DNA from: an uncultured bacterium
GTDB taxonomy: Bacteria; UBA8248; JACPRG01; G963555815
Direction of reading: 5' to 3'
Assembly: GCA_964423875.1 (NCBI GenBank)
Contig: CAYRGS010000001.1
Location: 2,704-66,015 of the forward strand
Length of the DNA: 63,312 nt
Shown: one piece after another, positions 42,701-51,949 of the stretch
Numbering within the stretch: the stretch's first letter is position 1
How the letters are laid out: each line of letters opens with the position of its first letter
Position numbers and translations under genes: made by a program
The notes under the pieces: model-generated
The model's database searches: none
Told to the model about the DNA's origin: nothing
The model's input: only the letters and a program-made list of their open reading frames with translations

Positions 42701-43788
42701 ACCCGGCGGCCTACGCGGTGATCCTGGCGGGCGGACCCGGCGCCCGACTGTGGCCGATCAGCCGAAGACAAACGCCGAAACCCTTCCTGAAACTGTTCGG
42801 CGGGACCTCCCTCATCCGCGCCACGCAGAACCGGCTTCGCGGACTGATCCCTCCCTCTCGCACGTTCGTGGTGACGGGGGCCGAAACGGCCTCCGCCGTG
42901 ACCGGGGAGCTGCCGCGTTTGCCAAAGGAAAATCTCCTCCCCGAGCCCGAGGGCCGGAACACGGCCGCGAGCATCGGCTACGCCGCCCTCCACGCGCGCC
43001 GCCGGAATCCCAAGGCCCTGCTGGTCGTCCTGCCGGCCGATCATTTCATCCGAAATGAACCGGAATTCCGCAAAATCCTCGACGCCGCCTTGGCGTGGTC
43101 CTGGGAGACCGACGATATCGTGACGCTGGGGGTGCCTCCCGATCGGCCGGAAACGGGATACGGCTACCTGCGCGAAGGGGACTCGATCGGAACCTCGGGC
43201 GGCTGCCCCGTCCATCGCGTAGCGGCCTTCGTTGAGAAGCCGAGCCCGCGAAGGGCCAAGCGGTACTTGGCCGCAGGCGGGTACGCGTGGAACAGCGGGA
43301 TCTTCATTCTCTCGGCGGAACGGGTGATGAACGAGATGGCCCGCCGCCAGCCGGCGCTTCACCAGGGGCTCGTGCGGATCGAGCGATCCTTGGGAAAAAG
43401 GACGGAAGGGAAAACGCTGAGAGAGACGTTTCCCCGGCTCCCGGCCGTCTCCATCGATTTCGGCTTGATGGAGGCCGCCACGCGGGAGGGCGCCGTGGCC
43501 TCCTTGCCCTGCCGGGTGGGATGGAGCGACATCGGAGATTTCTGCGCGATCGGCGACCTGCTCTCCGGCCCGTCTGGGAAAGGCGCCGTGGTGGGCGAGC
43601 ACATCGGCGTGGATAGCGGCAACCTGATCGTCTATGCTCCCGGGAAGCTTGTGGCCACCGTGGGCGTCAAGGACTTGATCGTGGTGGACGCCGGCGACGC
43701 GATGTTGATCTGTCCGCGGAGTCAAGCGCAGGATGTCCGGAAGGTGGTCGAGGTTTTGAAGCGGAAGCGGCTGGACAAGTATCTATAA
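42697..43788 (+). CDS. manC: Mannose-1-phosphate guanylyltransferase
   Basis: N-terminal nucleotidyltransferase motif AVILAGGPGARLWPISR...PKPFL; 363 aa with no isomerase domain. Confidence 0.88.
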   Translation: MNPAAYAVILAGGPGARLWPISRRQTPKPFLKLFGGTSLIRATQNRLRGLIPPSRTFVVTGAETASAVTGELPRLPKENLLPEPEGRNTAASIGYAALHARRRNPKALLVVLPADHFIRNEPEFRKILDAALAWSWETDDIVTLGVPPDRPETGYGYLREGDSIGTSGGCPVHRVAAFVEKPSPRRAKRYLAAGGYAWNSGIFILSAERVMNEMARRQPALHQGLVRIERSLGKRTEGKTLRETFPRLPAVSIDFGLMEAATREGAVASLPCRVGWSDIGDFCAIGDLLSGPSGKGAVVGEHIGVDSGNLIVYAPGKLVATVGVKDLIVVDAGDAMLICPRSQAQDVRKVVEVLKRKRLDKYL

Positions 43789-43839
43789 TCCTTTGTGGCT
43801 TTAGGTTCCATTTACAACCGGGTGGGTGGGGACCAACCG

Positions 43840-44646
43840 ATGGAGGGGTTAAGTGATTATCTCAAGGCCGCGCTCCTCGGCGCCCTCCAGGGATTGACAG
43901 AGTTTCTTCCGGTCAGCAGCTCGGGCCACTTGGCCGTTCTCCAGAAAATTCTGAACGTCCAGGGGCCCGTGTTGTTCTTGGACGTCATGCTTCACGTGGG
44001 AACGCTTGTCGCCATCCTCGTGGTGTTCTCCGGAGACATACGGGTTGTTCTGTCCTCCATGTTCGTAAAAGGGGGCGGACAATCTCCCGGCGCCGCCCGC
44101 CTGGGCTGGCTGGTCATCCTCGGGACCGTCCCCATAGGTGTGATCGGCATCTTGTTCAATCAGTGGATAGAGAAGGCCTTCAACATCATTCCGTTGATCG
44201 GGGGGATGTTCATCATCACGGGCATCCTGTTGTTTGCCATCCGGAATAAGCAGGGCGAGCGGTCGGAGGATGATTTAAACGTCCGGGATGCCGCGTGGGT
44301 CGGGGTCTACCAGGCCATCGCCCTCCTGCCCGGAATCTCCCGCAGCGGGATGACGATCGGAAGCGGCCTCTTCCTGGGCATCGAGCGAGGCCTGGCGGTC
44401 CGGTTTTCGTTCCTGATGGCCATCCCCGCCATCCTCGGCGCTTTGGTCCTGAAGGCCGGTGAACTGCCCGGCCAGACGGGGGGGATCGGGATCGGCCCCA
44501 TTCTCCTGGGGACGGTCATCGCGGCCGTGGTCGGCTATTTTGGATTGAAGGGGCTCATCCGGCTTACCATCTCCGGACACCTCTACCTGTTCTCCTTCTA
44601 CCTCTGGACGCTGGGCCTTGTGGTCCTGTGGGTCTCGCTCACGTGA
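43840..44646 (+). CDS. uppP: Undecaprenyl-diphosphate phosphatase
   Basis: ATG 43840. GLTEFLPVSSSGHL and PGISRSG motifs; eight-TM BacA family. Confidence 0.93.
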   Translation: MEGLSDYLKAALLGALQGLTEFLPVSSSGHLAVLQKILNVQGPVLFLDVMLHVGTLVAILVVFSGDIRVVLSSMFVKGGGQSPGAARLGWLVILGTVPIGVIGILFNQWIEKAFNIIPLIGGMFIITGILLFAIRNKQGERSEDDLNVRDAAWVGVYQAIALLPGISRSGMTIGSGLFLGIERGLAVRFSFLMAIPAILGALVLKAGELPGQTGGIGIGPILLGTVIAAVVGYFGLKGLIRLTISGHLYLFSFYLWTLGLVVLWVSLT

Positions 44647-44767
44647 GCCTGGCTCGACGGAAACCTGTTTCCCCCTCGACGCTCCCGCCCGCCGCGTCTA
44701 TCTAGACAAAAGAACGTTTATCCGTGGGAAGGCGTCGAGGCGCGTCTTCCTATGTTTTCCGCGACCC

Positions 44768-45709
44768 ATGAAAATGTACGTGAAAAGCGAATCCTCAGCC
44801 GACGTGCGAGCCGATCACCCGGACACCCTTACGCTCCTGGCCGTCCACGCCCATTCGGACGATGAGTGCAGCGGGACGGGAGGGTTATTGATCCAGTCGG
44901 TCGCGGCGGGGCGAACGACTGTCTTGATCACCTGCACCAACGGGGAGATGGGCGAGGCCAAGGACCCGCGCCACCCGCTGAAGCCACGGGAAAATCTTGA
45001 AGACCGCAAACGGCTGATCGAGCTCCGGAAACGGGAACAGGGCAAGGCGGCGAAGATCCTGGGCATCACGCACGTCTACAACCTGGACTACCGGGACTCG
45101 GGCATGGACGGGTGGGAGCAAAACGACGACCCCGGCGTGTTCATGAACGCGGACCTGGACGAGGTCGCCGGGCGCATTGCCGAGGTTATCCGCCGACATC
45201 GGCCGGACGTGGTTGTCACGTACAACGAAAACGGCGGCTACGGCCACCCCGACCACATCATGACCCACCAGGCGACCCTGGCGGCACTGGGGGTGGCGGA
45301 AGGCCCAACAAGGGATAGACGAGAGGATGGGGATAACGTCCCGGGTTCCTGGCGCGTGAAAAAGTTCTATTACACCGCCTGGCGCCGGTCGGACATGCTC
45401 CGCTTGTGGAGGACGCTGAAATTTCTCGGCAAAAAGACCCCCATGGATAACCCCGACTTTGACGAGAACAAGGTCGGAACGCCGGACGACACCATCACCA
45501 CACGACTGGACATCCGTCGCGATCTCAGAAGGAAGCGCCGAGCGCTGTTTGCGTATCGAAGCCAGATGGGGGTGTGGGGGTTCAAGACCCATTGGTGGTG
45601 GCTCATGGGCCTGGCCGGCCGCTGGCTCTTTCCCTACGAATCCTTCGTCTGCGCCCGAAGCGACGTGGAGATCCATCCCCCCGAGCCGGATCCGTTCGCC
45701 GGCCTCTAA
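44768..45709 (+). CDS. PIG-L/LmbE-family N-acetylglucosaminyl deacetylase (MshB/Mca-like)
   Basis: ATG 44768. Zinc motifs AVHAHSDDE and GYGHPDH. 313 aa with a C-terminal extension typical of Mca/MshB-like members. Confidence 0.8.
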   Translation: MKMYVKSESSADVRADHPDTLTLLAVHAHSDDECSGTGGLLIQSVAAGRTTVLITCTNGEMGEAKDPRHPLKPRENLEDRKRLIELRKREQGKAAKILGITHVYNLDYRDSGMDGWEQNDDPGVFMNADLDEVAGRIAEVIRRHRPDVVVTYNENGGYGHPDHIMTHQATLAALGVAEGPTRDRREDGDNVPGSWRVKKFYYTAWRRSDMLRLWRTLKFLGKKTPMDNPDFDENKVGTPDDTITTRLDIRRDLRRKRRALFAYRSQMGVWGFKTHWWWLMGLAGRWLFPYESFVCARSDVEIHPPEPDPFAGL

Positions 45710-45850
45710 CCCGCCCGTCCGATCCGTCCCAACAACCGACTGTCCATCGGGGGGGGGAGGGGGGAGGAGTGGCCCAACGGCGGGGCGTTTTCTCTCCCTA
45801 GGGATGGCCCCTTCTCATCGGGGCGTTGCCGGTGCCGCGGCTCTCCGCGA

Positions 45851-45880
45851 TTGACACCCCCGAAAACCTTGTGGGATGAT
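45851..45880 (+). promoter_or_regulatory. Candidate sigma70-type promoter upstream of the small lipoprotein gene
   Basis: TTGACA (45851-45856), 18-nt spacer, GATGAT (45875-45880). It would give a ~135-nt leader to ATG 46019. Confidence 0.35.
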
Positions 45881-46018
45881 TTTTCCGCGCCGGGCGATTC
45901 GACGGATTCACCGCCGAGCGGTCCCAGGCGTCTGCTTGCGCGGGAGGGGGGCGAGGAACTTCGAGCCTCGCGTATCACGTCGGAAGAATCACATCGCGGG
46001 AAGGAATCACCCGATACA

Positions 46019-46393
46019 ATGACAAAGACCATTTTCCGAGTTGCCGGACCCGTCCTGCTTTCCGTAGCCTTGTTCGGATGCCGTTCGCCCATCCCCGACC
46101 AATTTCAGCGGGATTTTCTCGTCGAGCCGAAGGCCGGATACCTGGTCACCGATGAAAGGGCGAACGGTTTCGACTTGAAAGTTTTTTATTACGAGAACGG
46201 CATGTTTTCGAATGGCAGGAAAGTGGAAGAGAACGCAAAGTCGACCTTTGTCCAGATTGCCGTGTGGCTGGCCTCGCGCATCGGCCGGACGCCCAGGGAG
46301 ATCTCGAAGCGGGATTTGCGGGTCACGGTCAACCGGAAGAGGCTCAAGCGGCGGTATGAGGTGTCCGTGACCGGCCGGGTGACGTACAGGTAG
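46019..46393 (+). CDS. Small lipoprotein of unknown function
   Basis: ATG 46019. Signal peptide with lipobox (LLSVALFGC). The 124-aa mature part has no family I recognise. Confidence 0.6.
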   Translation: MTKTIFRVAGPVLLSVALFGCRSPIPDQFQRDFLVEPKAGYLVTDERANGFDLKVFYYENGMFSNGRKVEENAKSTFVQIAVWLASRIGRTPREISKRDLRVTVNRKRLKRRYEVSVTGRVTYR

Positions 46394-46612
46394 TAGCCCC
46401 GGGCGGCGCGCGCAAGGGGGGGAGGCGGGGCCGCCTAGGTTCAGAATTTGAGGCGCGTCGGGGCGCTTCACATCGAAAGGGAGTTCCTGCATGATCCCTT
46501 TCTACGCGTACCCGCATGCGCCAAATGAGCTGGTGACCCGACCGTCCCGTCGGCTTCGACCCGGGGGGTCCCGCGACCCGGTGGTCATCGATTCCGAGGC
46601 TGGAAACCCGAA

Positions 46613-47479
46613 ATGCAGTCCGCCGCCGCCCGGTCCCTGGAATTTTGCAGAAAGCTCACCCGCCGCAGCCGGTCGAACTTTTTTTATTCTTTCCTGTTTT
46701 TGCCCCGGCCGCGCCGCGAGGCGATTTACGCGGTGTACGCGTTTTCCCGGGCCGTGGACGACGTGGTGGATGAAATGGCCGACCCGGCGGAAGCGGCCGA
46801 GGGCCTGGCCGAATGGCGGCGGGAGGTGGACCGGATGTACGGGGGCCGGGGGGGCGGGGGGGGGCGGCCGGAGCACCCCATCGCCGCCCAGATGGCCGAA
46901 GCCGTCCGGGCCTTCCACATCCCCCGGGAGCTCCCCCTCGCCCTCATTGACGGCTGCGAGATGGACCTCGCCCGCGGCCGCTACGATACCTTCGAGGATC
47001 TCTATCGCTACTGCTACCACGTGGCCTCGGTCATCGGTCTGATGTGCATCGAGGTCTTCGGCTACCGCACCGAGAGCGCCAAGCGCTACGCCGAGAAGCT
47101 GGGCATCGCTTTTCAGCTCACCAACATTCTGCGCGACGTCAGGCCCGACGCCGAGCGGGGACGTATCTATCTCCCCCGGGAAGACTTGGACCGATTCGGC
47201 TGCGGGGAGGAAGAGATCCTGGGCGGCGTCTATGGCGATCGGTTCACCGCCCTCATGAAGTTCCAGTGTGAGCGGGCGCACCGCTTCTACGAAGAGGCCC
47301 GGGAGGCCCTCGCTCCCGAAGACCGGCCTGGAATGCTGGCCGCCGAGATCATGGGCGGCATCTACCGCCGGCTCCTCCGTGAGATCGAAAACCTTCGGTA
47401 CGACGTCTTCCGCAACACCGTTTCTCTCTCCCGCTTACAGAAGATCTGGATCGCCCTCAAGATCTGGGCCGCCCGATGA
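46613..47479 (+). CDS. Squalene/phytoene synthase family protein (HpnD/CrtB-like)
   Basis: SNFFYSFLFLP, Asp-rich motif 1 (YAFSRAVDDVVDE), second motif region (QLTNILRDVRPDAERGRIYLP); 288 aa. Confidence 0.85.
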   Translation: MQSAAARSLEFCRKLTRRSRSNFFYSFLFLPRPRREAIYAVYAFSRAVDDVVDEMADPAEAAEGLAEWRREVDRMYGGRGGGGGRPEHPIAAQMAEAVRAFHIPRELPLALIDGCEMDLARGRYDTFEDLYRYCYHVASVIGLMCIEVFGYRTESAKRYAEKLGIAFQLTNILRDVRPDAERGRIYLPREDLDRFGCGEEEILGGVYGDRFTALMKFQCERAHRFYEEAREALAPEDRPGMLAAEIMGGIYRRLLREIENLRYDVFRNTVSLSRLQKIWIALKIWAAR

Positions 47480-47588
47480 CGGAAAGGGAGAGGGGTCGCG
47501 CCCCGGATTGCTCCATGGCAATAACGTGATACAGGTTATGGAGCCGGAAGAAGCGGCCGTTTCTCCCGCGATGGAAGGGTTAGAAGGT

Positions 47589-47656
47589 AAGGGTTGACCC
47601 TTCCTGTTCCTTCAACCCCCTCTGGTTTGACACGGCGGCCATCCAGATTTTAAGGT
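47589..47656 (+). promoter_or_regulatory. Inverted repeat plus candidate promoter in front of the NicX-like gene
   Basis: AAGGGT-tg-ACCCTT inverted repeat at 47589-47602, nested in the larger GGAAGGGT...ACCCTTCC symmetry. Then TTGACA (47627-47632), 18-nt spacer, TAAGGT (47651-47656). If this promoter is used, the real start codon is probably ATG 47697 rather than GTG 47658. Confidence 0.35.
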
Positions 47657-47657
47657 T

Positions 47658-48779
47658 GTGGACAATTTTCCGGTTGAAACTTTGCGTCCAGATCCGATGG
47701 AGGAAATTTTGGACTCGCTATGGGATCTGATGGAAGGGGCGCGAAACTGTGTTCGAGGCTACACCCGCGTCAAGTCGGGGGAAAAGGTCTGCATTTGGAC
47801 GGACCGCTCGGCAGAGGTCGATCCCCGGGTGGTGGAGGCCTTCGGCGTGGCGGTGGAGGAAGTCGGGGCCGAGGCGTTTCTCCTGTCCTCCGGGTCGGTG
47901 ATCCATCGTCTCAAACAGCCCTTGCAAAAGCCCGTGCTCGCGGCCATAAAGGAGGCGGACGTCCTCCTGAGCTTTCAGCGGCTCGAGAACGCGGCGACGA
48001 TCCACAACAACGATATTTCCGCCCTCTTGTTTTCCACCCCGCTTCGGAACACGGCCGTCATCAGCCTGACGCCCGAGCTTTTGGCTTCGGAGTGGGCGCG
48101 TTTTCCCGCTGACCTACTCTTTTTCATCTGCCGAAAAATCCGTGACCAAGCTCTGTCGTCGGGGACCGATGTTTTCCGCTTGACTGATCCCTGCGGCTCC
48201 GATTTGATGGGTCGCATTCCCTACGGTTACGGCTTCAAGTACGTTGAGCCGCCGAAGAAGTGGCAGTTCTTCCCGGGTGGGGAGATGGCGGAGCTCCCGG
48301 CTCCTCCAGTCAACGGCACGCTGGTCTTTGAGCAGTTGGAGGGATTCGAGGGTTTTGTGAGCGAGCCCATTCGCCTGACGATCGAAGACCAGTGGGTGAC
48401 GCGGGTCGATGGGGGCGACGAGGCTCGCTGGTTCCGGGGGCGGATGGACCGCTACGAGAACGGGAACTTTTTCTGCGAGGTCGCCATTGGTGCTCACCCA
48501 AAGGCCCCGGTTGCGGTGGGGCTGAAGACTCGGGCGATGGACACTATTGCCCACCGCCACTCGGGTACCTTCCACTGCGGCGTGGGCAAGTGGGGGGCGC
48601 CTGGTATGGAGGTATCGAGCGATTGGCACTGGGACGGCGGGGGCCTTCATCCGACGTTCACGCTGGGGGACGTTGTTTTGGTCGAAAACGGAAGGCTCAC
48701 GGCCCTCGACGACCCTGAAGTCCGCGAGTTTGCCTCCAAATACGGACACCCTGACGATGTCTTGGCGGAGGTTTGGTAA
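47658..48779 (+). CDS. NicX-like protein (M29 aminopeptidase-fold, 2,5-dihydroxypyridine dioxygenase family homolog)
   Basis: Collinear with my recollection of P. putida NicX. IRLTIEDQWVTRVDGGDEARWFRGRM matches ITLEIEKGFITGIHGG; FCEVAIGAHPKA matches ISHIGWGLQPRA; SDWHWDGGGLHPTFTLGDVVLVENG matches CHLDIPLRNCDIYLDD. This preserves a His...His-x-Asp metal triad pattern. The start is GTG 47658 or ATG 47697. Confidence 0.6.
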   Translation: MDNFPVETLRPDPMEEILDSLWDLMEGARNCVRGYTRVKSGEKVCIWTDRSAEVDPRVVEAFGVAVEEVGAEAFLLSSGSVIHRLKQPLQKPVLAAIKEADVLLSFQRLENAATIHNNDISALLFSTPLRNTAVISLTPELLASEWARFPADLLFFICRKIRDQALSSGTDVFRLTDPCGSDLMGRIPYGYGFKYVEPPKKWQFFPGGEMAELPAPPVNGTLVFEQLEGFEGFVSEPIRLTIEDQWVTRVDGGDEARWFRGRMDRYENGNFFCEVAIGAHPKAPVAVGLKTRAMDTIAHRHSGTFHCGVGKWGAPGMEVSSDWHWDGGGLHPTFTLGDVVLVENGRLTALDDPEVREFASKYGHPDDVLAEVW

Positions 48780-48857
48780 GCAAGGGGGAGACTTGTTTAT
48801 CGGGTTCCGCCGGGGCTTTTTGGATCGACTCCGGCAGGCTTTCAGGAGGGGCGGCGG

Positions 48858-49604
48858 ATGTACGGATGGCGGGCGTTGATCGGGATGATTTGGCCGGCGG
48901 GGGGTCCCGTTCCCGAAGACGAAGTCAGGATGGCGGCGCCCGAGGGCGTCACCTTCGCCAGCACCAGGATGTACGTCGAGGAGGTGAGCCCGAAGGGGCT
49001 CGAGGAGATGGTCACGCACGTCGAGCGGGCGGCCCGGGAGGTTGCCATCATGAAGGCCGATTGCTGCCTCGTGGGCGGGACGCCGGCCGGTTTCTTCAAG
49101 GGCCACGCTTTCAATCTGGAGCTCACCGGGCGCGCCCGGGAGGCGTCCGGCCTGCCCAGCAAGACCCAGGCCACGGCGGTCGTGGAGGCCCTGCGCGAGC
49201 TCGACCTCCGCCGGATCGTCGTCGCTACTGCTTACATCGACGAGCTGAACGACCTCCTCCGGACGTTTTTGGAAGAGGCTGGTTTCGAGGTCCTGGCCCT
49301 GAAGGGCCTTCGCGAGCGGTACAACTGGGACATCCACCGGCTTCCGCCGAGCGCTGCTTACCGCCTCACCATGGATGCTGTGAAAGAGGTCTCCGACGCG
49401 GATGGGGTCTTCATCAGCTGCGGGGGGCTCCGGACGTTCGAGGTCATCGAAACACTGGAAAAGGACTTGGGCCTGCCCGTGGTGACCAGCAATCAGGCGG
49501 CCCTGTGGGCGGGACTTGGCATGACCCGGGTGAGTGAGCCCGTCGAAGGGTACGGGCGGCTGCTGAGGATGGACAGGAGCGCACGGGAGCAGGTTGGAGC
49601 GTAA
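48858..49604 (+). CDS. Maleate cis-trans isomerase-like enzyme (Asp/Glu/hydantoin racemase superfamily)
   Basis: 248 aa with a good RBS (GGAGG, 8 nt upstream). It has two candidate catalytic Cys in the expected halves (KADCCLVGGT and VFISCGGLRT), as in maleate isomerases. Arylmalonate decarboxylases keep only one. Confidence 0.65.
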   Translation: MYGWRALIGMIWPAGGPVPEDEVRMAAPEGVTFASTRMYVEEVSPKGLEEMVTHVERAAREVAIMKADCCLVGGTPAGFFKGHAFNLELTGRAREASGLPSKTQATAVVEALRELDLRRIVVATAYIDELNDLLRTFLEEAGFEVLALKGLRERYNWDIHRLPPSAAYRLTMDAVKEVSDADGVFISCGGLRTFEVIETLEKDLGLPVVTSNQAALWAGLGMTRVSEPVEGYGRLLRMDRSAREQVGA

Positions 49605-49788
49605 GGGCGGCGATCCTGTGTGGGCCGTCCTCACGCTGCGTTGCGCGTTGCCTTCAAACAGGTTCGTAGAACGTCGGACTCAATCCCGCGCAGCGGGTGA
49701 GCCCGCAAAATCAGGGTGAGTCCACGATTTCCATTTGGTCCACGGGTGTAAACCGCGGTAAGGAATCTGGGCCGCTCGCAGACGTTCC

Positions 49789-50784
49789 TCAGACCATCGC
49801 GACGTCGAGTAGCGTCGATTTGGCGAACACCTCCTCCGGGGTAAGCTTCCTCTCCGACAGTCCTTGCTCGAACGAATACCGGGTGAACGTTTCGATGGTG
49901 GTCCGGTTGGCCTCTACGCCGTACGCCCAGTAGTCCTCGCCCAGGATCTTCTTGCAGTCCTCGATTTCGCTGATCACCCAGGGAAGGGAGGCCCCCGGCA
50001 CTCCTGTGTACTCCAGAATTTCCATGCAATGGTTTTTGGCCTCACAGAAGGCGGCGTACAGGTTCTGAGCTGCCCAGGGGTGCTTTTTGAGAACGGACTC
50101 CTTGATGACCACCAAGTGCATGATTGGAAAGCACCCCGTCCGTCTGTAGTAGTCGATCTCCACTTCCTTGTAGTTGGGGAAAAGTCGGACGACGTTGGAC
50201 GAAGTCCTGAAGAACGCCGGAGGGGCCGTAGCGGTGAACAGGGCGTCGATTTCGCCGGAATCCAGCATCTCGTCGAGGGTCTTGGGCTCGGGAGCGAACT
50301 CGATTGTAATCGAAGGGGGCAGGTTGAGGTCCACCCGATCCTTTCGGCCCCATGACTCCTGCCCGCCCGTGACCCAGGTCACGCCCTCCGGGTCCACACC
50401 GTGCTCGTGGTGCATAATCCCACGAATCCACACCACGGCCGACATGGCGTACTCGGGAACCCCTATGCGTCTCCCAGCAAGGTCCTCCGGCTTTTGGATC
50501 CCGGCGTTCTTATTGATGAACACGCACGCGTGTCGGAAGATTTTGGAAAGGAAAACGGGGATCGCGACAAACGGGGGATTGGGCCGCGAGCGAAAGATCA
50601 AATAGGCGGAGAAGCTCATCTCCGAGGCATCGAACTCCTGGTGTTGACACATCCGCCAGAAGGTGTCTATCACCGGCAGGCGGATGAAGTTCAGGTCAAT
50701 CCCGACGGGTTTGACCGTTCCATCCTCCAGGGCCTTGATCCGGTCGTATTCCGAGCACGCAAAATCGATCTTGATGTTCGCCAC
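49789..50784 (-). CDS. 4,5-dihydroxyphthalate decarboxylase (PhtD)-like protein, periplasmic-binding-protein fold
   Basis: GTG 50784 with GGGAG RBS. CSEYDRIKALEDGTVKPVGIDLNF...FDASEMSFSAYL...FVAIPVFLSKIFRHACVFINKNAGIQKPEDLAGRRIGVPEYAMSAVVWIRG is collinear with the PhtD/Pht5 family as I recall it. Confidence 0.65.
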   Translation of the reverse strand: MANIKIDFACSEYDRIKALEDGTVKPVGIDLNFIRLPVIDTFWRMCQHQEFDASEMSFSAYLIFRSRPNPPFVAIPVFLSKIFRHACVFINKNAGIQKPEDLAGRRIGVPEYAMSAVVWIRGIMHHEHGVDPEGVTWVTGGQESWGRKDRVDLNLPPSITIEFAPEPKTLDEMLDSGEIDALFTATAPPAFFRTSSNVVRLFPNYKEVEIDYYRRTGCFPIMHLVVIKESVLKKHPWAAQNLYAAFCEAKNHCMEILEYTGVPGASLPWVISEIEDCKKILGEDYWAYGVEANRTTIETFTRYSFEQGLSERKLTPEEVFAKSTLLDVAMV

Positions 50785-50922
50785 GGTCGTTCTCCCATGG
50801 ATAAGCGAAGAGGCGAGATCTCATTCTCCCTTCGGCCTCGAAGCGAAACTCAATCCGTCCCGTCCGGCTTCCAAACAGAGTCGAGTCTTTCTCTCCCCCG
50901 CCGCCCGAAAGGAATCCGGTCC

Positions 50923-51873
50923 TTACTCCACGCCAATTTCTCTTAGGAACCTCCGGTAAGCGAGGGCGACGCCGTCGGGTCCCTTGACGTGAAGCTCTTC
51001 GGCTAGGTCAAGCGGAAGCTCCTCCGGCCGCTGATTTTCCACAATCACCTGATCTTGGTTGTTGATGATTTCCGCGAACCTTTGCGGATTTCCTTCCTGG
51101 TCATAGTTTCGGGTGATGATCAGAAACCGGGTGCACTCATCGGCCGATACCGGCATGCAAACAAAGCTCAGCGTCTCCCGCCTGCCGTCGGTTTCGTCCT
51201 TCCACTGATAGATGGAAAAAGGCCGGGTCAGGCGGTAGTTGCGTGTATGGGGAACCGGGTGGACCCGGTCGGGGAGGTTCGTATAGCCGAAGCGGAGCTC
51301 TTCCCCATCCCGCTCCACGTCGATGTCGGGTATTCGCGGATGATCGCGGTCCCCCAGGATGCCTTCGTGAATCCACGGGAAATGGGCGAAGTCCACGAAG
51401 TTCTCGATGGCCCGAGCGGCGCCGCATTTCCAGTTCCGCTGGTCCCGGACGACAATGCGGTGGCTCGGGTCCTCGATGGCCGGAAGCTCGGGAATGGGCG
51501 TCCGGGATTTTTCGGACATGCAGACCCAAACGATGCCGTACCGCTCCTCGGCCCGGTGCCGGGTGAGGCAGGCCTTCTTCGGAATGGGGTGGTCCGGCGG
51601 AACGGAGGGAATGCGGGTGCACCTGCCCTCGGCGTTGTAAGACCAGCCGTGATACGCGCAGACGATCTCCTCGCCCTCCACCCACCCGAGCGATAGGGGG
51701 GTTCCCCGGTGAATGCAAAGGTCGTTGAACGCCGCCCACCGATTTCCCAGACGGCAAATGACGATTCGCTCGTCCAAGAGCCTTGCCGCGTAAGGCCGCT
51801 CCCCCACATTTTCCGCCAGGGTAACCGGGTGCCAGTATTCCCGCAACGCGGGCCAAAGGTCGCCTTCGCGCAT
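50923..51873 (-). CDS. Rieske [2Fe-2S] non-heme iron oxygenase, phthalate-family (alpha-only) type
   Basis: Rieske motif CIHRGTPLSLG...CAYHGWSY. Mononuclear iron motif ENFVDFAHFPWIH (E-x3-D-x2-H-x4-H). ATG 51873 is preferred over TTG 51900. No beta subunit or reductase is adjacent. Confidence 0.85.
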   Translation of the reverse strand: MREGDLWPALREYWHPVTLAENVGERPYAARLLDERIVICRLGNRWAAFNDLCIHRGTPLSLGWVEGEEIVCAYHGWSYNAEGRCTRIPSVPPDHPIPKKACLTRHRAEERYGIVWVCMSEKSRTPIPELPAIEDPSHRIVVRDQRNWKCGAARAIENFVDFAHFPWIHEGILGDRDHPRIPDIDVERDGEELRFGYTNLPDRVHPVPHTRNYRLTRPFSIYQWKDETDGRRETLSFVCMPVSADECTRFLIITRNYDQEGNPQRFAEIINNQDQVIVENQRPEELPLDLAEELHVKGPDGVALAYRRFLREIGVE

Positions 51874-51949
51874 TTTCTTTCTCGAATCTCCCCGTGCCAA
51901 TTCTGCCTCCCGGTCAGGGCGCTGGATGCCGCGCCTTCACTGCTTCCCC

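Noticed and set aside
45749-45768. G-rich tract GGGGGGGGGAGGGGGGAGGAG as a G-quadruplex or regulatory element
   Set aside because: It is a single short tract in a GC-rich intergenic region. It has no repetition and no associated structure or conservation evidence, so nothing can be supported.
48114-49634. 506-aa - strand ORF opposite the NicX-like and isomerase-like genes
   Set aside because: It spans two separate plus-strand genes plus their spacer. Its composition is low-complexity Pro/Arg/Gly-rich. The plus-strand genes have RBSs and family-like sequence.
49605-49788. Possible small gene or terminators in the convergent gap between the isomerase-like and PhtD-like genes
   Set aside because: Overlapping short GC hairpins (CCCGC-gca-GCGGG, GCGGG-tgag-CCCGC) lack flanking U-tracts. 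The only ORF there (49631-50029, minus strand) overlaps the PhtD-like gene and looks like noise.
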